DNA from: Mobula hypostoma
Taxonomy: Eukaryota
NCBI RefSeq assembly: GCF_963921235.1
Contig: NC_086097.1
Span: 81,036,001-81,100,000 of the forward strand
DNA length: 64,000 bases
Reading direction: 5' to 3'
Part shown: in pieces, positions 47,951 to 59,200 of the stretch
How the letters are laid out: every line of letters starts with the position of its first letter
Numbering within the stretch: the stretch's first letter is position 1
Made by a program: the position numbers and the translations under genes
The notes under the pieces: generated by a model
Databases searched by the model: none
What the model saw: the letters and a program-made list of their open reading frames with translations, nothing else
What the model was told of the DNA's origin: nothing

Positions 47951-50289
47951 ACCATGAAAAGAATGCAAAGAGGTTTGCAAGATGACAAGAGCTGTTGATG
48001 GTCTAGATAAAGTAAAGGGAGTCAGAAAGGTGACTGAGAAAAAGTAGAAGAGTGGGGTCAAACTAATTGATCTTTGAAAAGAAACTGATACAGGTATGTT
48101 CTGTAAATGTATATGAATCCTGGGACTGCAAAACTCTTGCCCCCACCTCCAAAAAACTAAACTGACTTCCCCAATTACTCCCTTTTCTCTTTTGAAAGGC
48201 TGTGTATTCCTATGAGAACCAACAAGCCACTTGAAGCAATGACCCTATCATCAAACCAATTATATTATATTTAAACGGTGTCTCTAATATGAGAAACACA
48301 GCAAACAAAATAAATTGACGATGACAGTAAATCAAGAGATAAAATGAGAAGGGTCAAAAATAAACACACATTCCTATTACTCAAAACACATAAATCTAAA
48401 TTATTTTCAACATAAGTCACTGCTCCATTGGAGGAAACACAGCCATCAAAATCTGAAAATTGCAAGTTGAAGCAAGCACGATGATCATATCTCTTCAAAA
48501 TAGTGCAATGGGTACTGGGGAAGCTTATGTCCACCTGTGCAAGTATAAAGAGTCTTGATTTAGTTGGTCAGCTGAACAATGGTAGTTCCAGCATTTCCAC
48601 CTGGGTACATCAGCCTGGGTGTTTGAGATGAAATCTCTGGAGTACGTTTTGACACCTCAGATGTCTGACTCTGAGTCAACACTGCTGCTGTGTCAATACC
48701 AAACCCAGATGCTGAACTCAAAATACACACTTTAATATATTAAAGGAAAGAGGGCAAAGTTGGAAATTTTTCAGAACTAAATTTCGAAGATCAGATCATC
48801 AGCAGCTGAAGGCAGATCAGTGAACAAACAGAAAATAAAATGCTGGAGATAGTCAGGAGCCAATGCAGCACCTGTAAAGCAGGAAACCGAGTTCATGCTT
48901 CAGGTCAGGCTATTCAGATCTAGACAAAGTTGGAGAGTAAGCATATTACAGAAACAAGAGCAAAGAAACAAAAGGCAATCTAGGGATCAGTGAAAACTGA
49001 AAATGCACAAAGCAGCAGAATCGGAGTACATGGCTCTGCAAAGATTGTGGAGAGCACCATGAAATCAATTTCAGTGTACAAGAAAAATATGAATTAAAAT
49101 AATCTGCTGGAAGTGGATAAAAGCCACAGCTGTTAAAAGTTTGTACGAGAAAATGTATTTATTGCAAAATATAAAAGTTGCTGAACTTCAAAATATTAAA
49201 TTTTGCAGATAAAATTTTATTTTCTTTTAAAGGTTTTAAGTTTCTGTCCTCTGCATCAGGATAAATGTAGCCATTAGAAGCTTCCTGTTCTCATTATCTT
49301 ACAGAAAGTGTAAATGCAGTGTCAGCCGGAAGACTATCAAAGCTGTTTTTAACAGTCTGCCAGCATTTGATTCAGGATCTAGTGTCCCACTGTATCTCAT
49401 GCTACTTTTGCCCATGTGCTACAAAGGTAGAACTCACACAAACCACTCAGTACCAACATGCAGTCAATTAATGTGGGACCTCACAAAACTATGTAACCTT
49501 CCAGCACGATAGAGGTCCTTGTTCTGTCATGCTGATGTCAGAATCATTGCAAATTAGTTTTCCACTATACTTCTATCTACTTTAATCCAACAACTTTGTT
49601 GAAGTTCTTATCCACATTATGTTATTGCCCATTTGGCCTTGACTTTGATCTTATAGGTATCTAAAAACTACTAAAAAGTTCCAATGCCAAAGTATAAACA
49701 CAGGCCAACCTCCTTTCATCATTTAACCCTCTACTTCCTGATTGCTATTGTTTTCTGAATAAACAACACCTTAATTTGGAAATCCTTAAAATTATTTTAA
49801 AATCCCTCTCATTCCTTGTCATCCTATCAGTGACCATCTCTTTAAAAACAAGATATTTGTATTATTCCAGAAATTCTTAGCTGCCATGTCTTCATCTATC
49901 ATCTTATTAAGCTGTAGAATTTAGGACATAAGACAGTCAAAATGCTTCTTCACCTCTTTATAAGTCTAACATCGAACTTTGATCAAACTTTTAACCGCAT
50001 GTTCTAATATTCTCTTATAAAGCTTGGTACCAAATTGTGTCAGATCATGATCAAGAAGCTGACTGAAAGCTTGGCTACAATAAAGGCATAATATAAAGGT
50101 GTGTGAACTGTAAGTTTACCTGAAAGAACTGAGCAAATTGTGTTATATCTTTGAGACATGATTGTACCAACTACTGCTGCCCTGTTAATTGGTCTGCTTT
50201 TGTTATTTGCCTTTCTAAGCAGCAACACTTACAAGGCTTCTGACGCTGCAAAATGTACACATCTTCATTATTGTCATATATCGAATTGT

Positions 50290-53200
50290 CTTTAAAAAGG
50301 TGCATCCAGGAAGGTTTCTTAAATCAACATATAGATAGTCCAATAAGAAGAGGGATCATACTGGACTGGGAATTGGGATATGAGCCTGGCCAGGTGACTG
50401 TCCATTCAGTATCTGATGCTGGTTTAAGATGGCGCTGATGAATCTCAGTAATTTCTGACAGGTGGCCAATGAAACAAGGAAAACAACAAAATACTTTGTT
50501 AATCATTCTTTTTCTGGTAAATGATCACAAGCAATAGTCTGTATCTTCCTTTTAAACTTGGAGGCAATTCGACACGACAAAACTGAGCCGAAGCAAGTGT
50601 TACGAATCCCTAGGTTTCCTTTGCTGTGGCCTGTCACTTTAAGAGAGTGCCTGAGTGAGGCGGGGCTAACAATGACGTCAGGTGGCAGCTTTCTCAGCTC
50701 ACTTCTGGCTTTTACGGGGAGGAAGGGGGAGGAGGAGGGGAAGAGGGAGTGGGGAGGGGAAGAGGGAGTGGGGAGGGGAGGAGGGGGAGGGGGGGAGGGG
50801 AGGAGGGGGAGGGGGAGGGGGGAGGGGAGGAGGGGGAGGGGGGAGGGGGAGGGGAGGAGGGGGAGGGGGGAGGGGAGGAGGGGGAGGGGGGAGGGGGGAG
50901 GGGAGGGGAGGGGAAGAGGGAGTGGGGAGGGGGGAGGGGAGGGGAGGGGGAGGGGGAGGAGGGGGAGGAGGGGGAGGGGAGGGGGAGGAGGGGGAGGGGG
51001 GAGGAGGGGGAGGGGAGGGGAGGGGGGAGGGGAGGGGAGGGGGAGGGGGAGGAGGGGGAGGGGAGGGGGAGGGGAGGGGGAGGGGAGGGGGAGGGGAGGA
51101 GGAGGGGAGGAGGAGGGGGAGGGGGGAGGAGGAGGGGAGGGGGAGGAGGAGGGGGAGGAGGGGGGGAGGAGGGGGAGGAGGGGGAGGAGGGGGAGGGGGA
51201 GGGGGAGGGGGAGGGGGAGGAGGGGGAGGAGGGGGAGGGGAGGAGGGGGAGGAGGGGGAGGGGGGAGGGGGAGGGGGGGAGGAGGGGGAGGGGAGGAGGG
51301 GGAGGGGAGGTGAGGGGAGGGGAGGGGAGGAGAGGAGGGGAGGGGAGGGGAGGAGAGGGGAGTAGGGGGAGGGGAGGGGAGGAGGGGGGAGGGGAGTAGG
51401 GGGAGGGGAGGGGAGGAGGGGGAGGGGAGGGGAGGAGGGGGAGGGGAGGGGAGGAGGAGGGGGGAGGGGGAGGGGGAGGAGGAGGAGGGAGGGGGAGGGG
51501 GAGGAGGGAGGAGGGGGAGGGGAGGAGAGGGGAGGGGAGGGGAGGAGAGGGGAGGGGAGGGGGAGGAGGGGAGGGGAGGAGAGGGGAGTAGGGGGAGGGG
51601 AGGGGAGGAGGAGGGGGGAGGGGAGGGGGAGGGGGAGGGGAGGAGGGGGAGGGGAGGAGGGGGGAGGGGAGGAGGGGGAGGGGGGAGAGGGGAGGGGAGG
51701 GGAGGGGGGGGGAGGGGGGAGAGGAGGGGGAGGGGGAAGAGGAGGGGGAGGGGGGGAAGAGGAGGGGGAGGGGGGAGGGGAGGGGAGGAGGGGGGGAGGG
51801 GAGGAGGGGAGGGGAGGAGGGGAGGGGAGGAGGGGGAGGGGAGGGTGTAGGGGAGGGAGAAGAGGGGAAGGAGTGGGGAGGGGGAGGGGGAGCGGAAGAG
51901 GGGGAGGGGAGGGGGAGGGACAGAGGGGGGAAAACTGTCAGTTGGAATGAGAGAGACAGAACAGCTGCTCTCGTAGTCTGAGTAAGACTTGGATTTAAGA
52001 ACTGCCGGGGCAAGATTTGCACCAGAATGTGTGTCTGTTACTTCATATAATCCAAAGGAGTGGATTTAGGAATGTCCTGTGGGACCACTCAAAGTTAAAC
52101 CTTGCCTGGGTATGTCATGTGGTAATCACTTGAAGATGACATTGCTGTGACAGGTCACTTTGGTGATATATCTAAGTGGACTTTGGATCAATTCAACAGA
52201 CAAGATGTTCGACAACGGTTTGCATTGACCTGTGGAATTCGACATAATTGCCATCTCTCTACATTTACCCTGGATTACAAATATCTCTGTCCCATAATTT
52301 ATTCCAAAGTGTCTGGACCCGATGTTTCGATGGTGATTTAAGCACCAGTCTGCATCAGAAATGTCAGGTATAGGCTGAATCGAGGTGGCAGAGTCCATGC
52401 CCCAGAGTCTATCAAAGCTACTGAACCAATGTTTGAATGACAATTTAAGCACCAGAGAAGATTGAAAAGATCAGAGTGTCAGGGCCTGAGCCAAAGGACA
52501 GGGTAGTTCAGCTTAATGCTCTGCAATGTTTATTCGGCTCTGCGCTGAACTAAGAGTCTGGGGACTCATGGTGGACTATTGTTCAGAACGCTATTTGCTT
52601 ACAGTTATTGTTTGCATGATCTCTTTTCTCTGCACATTGGGTACTTGACAGTCTTTTTAAAAAATGGGTTCTTTGGGGTTTCTTTGCTTCGAGGCTGCCT
52701 GTTAGGAGATGAATCTCAAAGTTGTATAATGTAAACATACCTTGATAATGAATGTACTTTGAACTTTTGAGTTTTGAAGTTTGAGTTAGGGAACAGTGAT
52801 TCTAGTTTTAAAATAGCTACAGATAAGGATAAGTGTGGATCTTGCAGGGAGTATTTAATTGGAGCAGGGCAAATTAAGAGTGTATTCAGCAAGAACTAAG
52901 GAGAGTTCATTGGTTACAGCCTTTGAGCAAGTCCAAAGCGAACATGTACAGGGGGTTGAAAGGCCACGTGCGCAGATAACATGACAGGTATATTCCAGTA
53001 AGAGGGGAGGACAAGGATGGCAAGGGAACTTTGGAAATCATGAGAGGTGAGGATTTAGTCAAAGAAAGTTTGAGGAAGAGAAAATCAGAGCCCTTCAGGA
53101 TCTTCAAGAAACCTGAAAAGAACTCAATAAGGGAATTAGGAAAGTCATGAAGGGCCATGAAAATCCTTTGGCAAGTAGGATTAAAAAGAATCCCTGGATA

Positions 53201-53445
53201 TTCTATACATACATCAAGAACAAAAGGATATCTATGTAGTGGACAGAACCATTTAAGGGTAAAGGAGGAACATATGCTTGGAGGTGGAAATGAAAAATTA
53301 GATATTTAGGAGGTGAGGTCCACAATGACTCATTTGCATCAACATTTACCAAGGCTTTGGATGAAATCAGTGTGCTGATTCACTCAGGCATTTCTAGATA
53401 AAGGAGGAGGTAGTGTTAAGTCTCTTAATGAATAAATCGCCTGGA
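50290..53445 (+). mobile_element. Degenerate CR1 LINE interrupted by a 2.4-kb insertion (about 50411-52785)
   Basis: CIQEGFLNQHIDSPIRRGIILD...EPGQVT stops at about 50410; LGNSD-like sequence resumes at about 52786. Confidence 0.65.
50716..51930. repeat. 1.2-kb almost pure G/A tract (GGGGA/GGA repeats)
   Basis: Only a handful of pyrimidines on the plus strand across 1.2 kb. Confidence 0.97.
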
Positions 53446-53710
53446 AATGCATAATAATCCAACTAAAGACTAATTAATGAACTATTAAGGGTCAACCTGA
53501 CTTGCTTGCTTTTATAATCAGTTTCCACGATAATTTAAACTGTTCTATAGAATTTCCTGTTCCCAATACCATTTTCAAAACCTTTGTGAATAACCAACCC
53601 CAAATGTTTCTTAAACTAAAGATTATTAAGACAATTCTTATTTCACCATGTTGTTTCTGTTAAATTGAATCACTTCTCAGTTACTCATAGTTAGTTGCAT
53701 CTGTCATGTA

Positions 53711-55320
53711 CAGTGGTGTTAGAAAGTTTGTGAACCCTTGAGCATTTTCTCTATTTCTGTATAAATATGACCAAAAATGTGATCAGATCATCATGTAAGT
53801 CCTAAAACTAGATAAAGACAATCCAATTAAAAATAATACAAAAATTATACTTGTTCATTTATTTATTAAGAAAAATGATCAAATATTACATGTATTTGTT
53901 GGAAAAAGTATGTGAACCTTTGCTCTCAGTAACTGGTGTAACCTACTTGTACAGCACTAACTTCAACCAAATACTTCCGGTAACTGTTGCTCAGTCTAGC
54001 ACATCAGCTTAGAGGAATTTTAGACCATTCCTCCATTCAAAACTGTTCCTGTTACACCAATAATTCTGGGATACCTTGCATGAACAGCCCTTTTCAGGTC
54101 AGTCCACAGCATCTCAATTGGGTTAAGATCTGGATTTTAACTTGGCCATTTCAAAACACAAACTTTCTTCTTTTTAAACCATTCTGTTGTTGATTTAATC
54201 TTGTGTTTCAGATCATTGTCTTGTTGCATCATCCGACTTCGATTAAGCTTCAGGTGATGGACTGCTACCCTGGCATTCTCCTGTAAAAGGTCTTGATACA
54301 ATTTTGAATTCATTATTCCCTCAACGATTACAAGCTATCCAGGCCCTGAGGCAGCAAAGTAACTCTAAACCATGATACTCCGCCCACCATGCTTCATAGT
54401 TGGGATGAGGTTTTGGTGTTGGTGTGCAGAGCTCTTCTCCTTCCAAACATAGCAGTGTGTGCATTTCTGCAAAAAAGTTCAACTTTTGTGTCATCTGTCC
54501 ACAGAATATCAACCCAAAAGTATTGTGGAACATCAATGTGGTCTGTGTAAACTTGAAACCTGCAGCATTTTTTTTTCCTGAGAGGAGTGCTTTTCACCAT
54601 GGTATCCTTCCATGAACACCATTTTTGTTCAGTGTTTTTCTTATAGTGGGCACATGAATAGAGACTTTAGCAAGTTCTAGAGATTTCTGCAGGTCTTTTG
54701 CTGTTACGCTTGGGTTCTTTTTCACCTCCTTCAGCATTGCACATTGTGGTCTTGGTGCAAACTTTGTATGACACCCACTCCCAGGGAGAGTAGCAACAGT
54801 ACCGAGTTTCCTCTGTATGCAGACAATTTCTCTCTGTGGACTGATGAACACATAGGTCTTTTGAATTTCTTTTTTAGCCTTTTCTAGCTTGATGCATCTC
54901 TACAATTCTTCTTCTACGGCCCTCTGAAAGATCGAGGCACTGTGCATATAAACAGATCTTTCTTGAGAAGAGCAGGCTCTGTCAGTAACCTGATTTTGTG
55001 TGTCCTTTTTAAAGGGCAGGGCATTCCTACATCCAACACCTCCAATCTCATCTCATTGATTGGAACACCTGACTCCAAATAGCTTTTGTAGATGGTGTTA
55101 CCCCTGAGGTTCACATAATTTTTTGAACCTAAACTGTGATTGTTTATATGGCGTACTCAGTAATGATGGGAAGAAGTACAATTGTTTGTGTGTTATTGAT
55201 TCAGGCAGATTGTGTTTGTCTATTATTGTGACTTAGATGAAGATCAGACCGCATTTTATGAGTATTTAATGCAGAAAACCAGGTAATTGGAAAGGATTTA
55301 CCAACTTTTTCATGCGACTG
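53711..55320 (-). mobile_element. Full-length decayed Tc1 transposon with long (about 200 bp) IR/DR-type inverted repeats
   Basis: TA|CAGTGGTG...GCGACTG|TA. Inner repeats near 53903-53919 and 55108-55125. Frameshifted transposase: TLPGSG...KKNP.VTAKDLQKSL, ILWTDDTKVELF, QQDND, WP...PDLNPIEMLW. Confidence 0.92.
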
Positions 55321-55604
55321 TATGTGGCATTTCAACCGTCTATTTCTATCCTCCTTGTCTGCCACATTCTGTTCACCAGTTACCAATTTTTTGCAACTTG
55401 CAGTCAGTAGGAAACAAAGTGTTCATTATTTTTCAGAGCCATCCAAAAATGTCTTCAATGCCAGCCATTCAAGGCATTAGGAAAGAACAATATATGCTTC
55501 ACTGGATCTACAGCCTGGGTGAAGAGAATACAAAGCAGCTTGAACACTTAAACAGTCAGAGGAAAGAATCAATACAACGTGGTTAATGTTAACACAGAAA
55601 GGAT

Positions 55605-56134
55605 CAAGGAGGAGCAACATAATCTCCTGGAGAAAACTCAGTGGGTCAAGCAGTGAGAGAAATAAATTGTTTTGGATTGAAACCCTGCATCAGGACTGAG
55701 AAGGAGAAGTGAGATGGTCGGCACTGAGAGGGGAAGAGGACTGGCAAGAAAAGATTCCGAGGTGATTCGTGGACTGGAGAAGGGTGTAAGATAACAGGCG
55801 GGTAGTGTCAAGCCCTGCAGGTGGTGAACAGGGAGGAGTTGGCAGGTGAATGACAGATGGAGACAGACAAAGAAAGAAGAGGGAAAAAAACACCAGATAG
55901 ACCAGGTGTGGGGGAGGGGAAGATTGCAGATGGGACACAGCTGCTGGAGGCCATAAACAGGAAAAAAGTGCTTTCAGAATTGAATTTGGTGAGAATAAGA
56001 ACAGTAGAGGAGAAAGGAGAGGTGAAAATGATTAGAACCAGCTCGGGGGTGGGTTACCATCCCTTAACCAACTGAATTCCTCCAGCAGATTGTATGCTGG
56101 TCTAGCTTCCAGCATCTGCAGTCTCTTGTGTCTC
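55605..56134. mobile_element. Older Penelope-derived element with inverted ends and hammerhead remnant
   Basis: Minus-strand CAGTC-CTGATGC-AGGGTTTCAATCC-AAAA near 55670-55698. Plus-strand family 3' end TTCCTCCAGCAGATTG...TTCCAGCATCTGCAG at 56075-56125. Confidence 0.65.
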
Positions 56135-56292
56135 GAGGTATTAATTTGGATATTTACTAAATATAAAAATACATACAAAGAGGGCTTGGAGAAGAAAAGG
56201 AGAAAAAGAGAGAAAGAGGACAGACTGAAATAAAATTGGTGGATATCTACTAAATATCTAGTGGGTATTGGTAAGATATTTTACATGGTGTA

Positions 56293-59200
56293 CAGTAGTT
56301 CCCAAATTTTTTTGGTTACTGCCCCCCTTGGCTCTCAGCTCACACCCCAGCATTCCCCTTTCTCTTTCTGGCCATTACATAAAACTATAAATAATTTTGA
56401 TTTATGCTGCACAGTGAAAAAAACAGGAACTGCAAATTCAAAGCAGTGACAATTAATTGCTAAAATTATTCAACTCTATTAGAAGCTATAAATACAATTA
56501 TTTCTTTATTTATTTATAATAAAAACAATTTTCATCAACAAATTTTGACTGAACATTAGTAGTCCAACTATTCACAACTTCATTGCTTCTTCACCTTTCA
56601 AGGAGACAGATAGGCTTGGTGCACTGATACCAGCTTCTCAACATCAGGCTGAATGTTACTCAGGAGTCTTCGATCCCCATCTTCAGTAATTTGCAGTCTG
56701 TTTCATTGCTCTGAAACAAGTTGGGTGACTGTACTAATCCACGCTCCGCTAAGTATGATGTCGGAAATGGATTAAAGAACATCTTGACCTTTTTCCAAAG
56801 TGCAGTATAGCGTTCAGAGATTTCCTTCTGCAACAACAAGTCTAAGAGGGCTAAGAGAGTTGTAAAAGAGCGCCTGAAGGCTTTATGTGTCAATGCAAGG
56901 AGCATTCGTAATAAGGTGGATGAATTGAAAGTGCAGATTGTTATTAATGATTATGATATAGTTGGGATCACAGAGACATGGCTCCAGGGTGACCAGGGAT
57001 GGGAGCTCAACGTTCAGGGATATTCAATATTCAGGAGGGATAGACATGAAGGAAGGGGAGGTGGGGTGGCGTTGCTGGTTAAAAAAGAGATTAACGCAAT
57101 AGAAAGGAAGGACATAAGCCGGGAAGATGTGGAATCGATATGGGTAGAGCTGCGTAACACTAAGGGGCAGAAGACGCTGGTGGGAGTTGTGTACAGGCCA
57201 CCTAACAGTAGTAGTGAGGTCGGAGATGGTATTAAACAGGAAATTAGAAATGTGTGCAATATAAGGAACAGCAGTTATAATGGGTGACTTCAATCTACAT
57301 GTAGACTGGGTGAACCAAATTGGTAAAGGTGCTGAGGAAGAGGATTTCTTGGAATGTATGCGGGATGGTTTTTTGAACCAACATGTCGAGGAACCGACTA
57401 GAGAGCAGGCTATTCTGGACTGGGTTTTGAGCAATGAGGAAGGGTTAATTAGCGATCTTGTCGTGAGAGGCCCCTTGGGTAAGAGTGACCATAATATGGT
57501 GGAATTCTTCATTAACATGGAAAGTGACGTAGTTAATTCAGAAACAAAGGTTCTGAACTTAAAGAGGGGTAACTTTGAAGGTATGAGACGTGAATTAGCT
57601 AAGATAGACTGGCAAATGACACTTCAAGGATTGACGGTGGATATGCAATGGCAGGCATTTAAAGGTTGCATGGATGAACTACAACAATTGTTCATCCCAG
57701 TTTGGCAAAAGAATAAATCAAGGAAGGTAGTGCACCCGTGGCTGACAAGAGAAATTAGGGATAGTATCAATTCCAAAGAAGTAGCATACAAATTAGCCAG
57801 AGAAAGTGGCTCACCTGAGGACTGGGAGAAATTCAGAGTTCAGCAGAGGAGGACAAAGGGCTTAATTAGGAAGGGGAAAAAAGATTATGAGAGAAAACTG
57901 GCAGAGAACATAAAAACGGACTGTAAAAGCTTTTATAGATATGTAAAAAGGAAAAGACTGATAAAGACAAATGTAGGTCCCCTGCAAACAGAAACAGGTG
58001 AATTGATTATGGGGAGCAAGGACATGGCAGACCAATTGAATAATTACTTTGGTTCTGTCTTCACTAAGGAGGACATAAATAATCTTCCAGAAATAGTAAG
58101 GGACAGAGGGTCCAGTGAGATGGAGGAACTGAGCGAAATACATGTTAGTAGGGAAGTGGTGTTAGGTAAATTGAAGGGATTGAAGGCAGATAAATCCCCA
58201 GGGCCAGATGGTCTGCATCCCAGAGTGCTTAAGGAAGTGGCCCAAGAAATAGTGGATGCATTAGTGATAATTTTTCAAAACTCGTTAGATTCTGGACTAG
58301 TTCCTGAGGATTGGAGGGTGGCTAATGTAACCCCACTTTTTAAAAAAGGAGGGAGAGAGAAACCGGGGAATTATAGGCCGGTTAGCCTAACGTCGGTGGT
58401 GGGGAAACTGCTGGAGTCAGTTATCAAGGATGTGATAACAGCACATTTGGAAAGCGGTGAAATGATCGGACAAAGTCAGCATGGATTTGTGAAAGGAAAA
58501 TCATGTCTGACGAATCTCATAGAATTTTTTGAGGATGTAACTAGTAGAGTGGATAGGGGAGAACCAGTGGATGTGGTATATTTGGATTTTCAAAAGGCTT
58601 TTGACAAGGTCCCACACAGGAGATTAGTGTGCAAACTTAAAGCACACGGTATTGGGGGTAAGGTATTGGTGTGGGTGGAGAATTGGTTAGCAGACAGGAA
58701 GCAAAGAGTGGGAATAAACGGGACCTTTTCAGAATGGCAGGCGGTGACTAGTGGGGTACCGCAAGGCTCAGTGCTGGGACCCCAGTTGTTTACAATATAT
58801 ATTAATGACTTGGATGAGGGAATTTAATGCAGCATCTCCAAGTTTGCGGATGACACAAAGCTGGGTGGCAGTGTTAGCAGTGAGGAGGATGCTAAGAGGA
58901 TGCAGGGTGACTTGGATAGGTTGGGTGAGTGGGCAAACTCATGGCAGATGCAATTTAATGTGGATAAATGTGAAGTTATCCACTTTGGTGGCAAAAATAG
59001 GAAAACAGATTATTATCTGAATGGTGGCCGATTAGGAAAAGGGGAGGTGCAACGAGACCTGGGTGTCATTATACACCAGTCATTGAAAGTGGGCATGCAG
59101 GTACAGCAGGTGGTGAAAAAGGCGAACGGTATGCTGGCATTTATAGCGAGAGGATTCGAGTACAGGAGCAGGGAGGTACTACTGCAGTTGTACAAGGCCT

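Noticed and set aside
50558..52022. Long Gly/Arg/Glu-rich and Pro/Ser-rich ORFs (up to 436 aa)
   Set aside because: They arise from the G/A tract, which can hardly contain stop codons; open in several frames on both strands.
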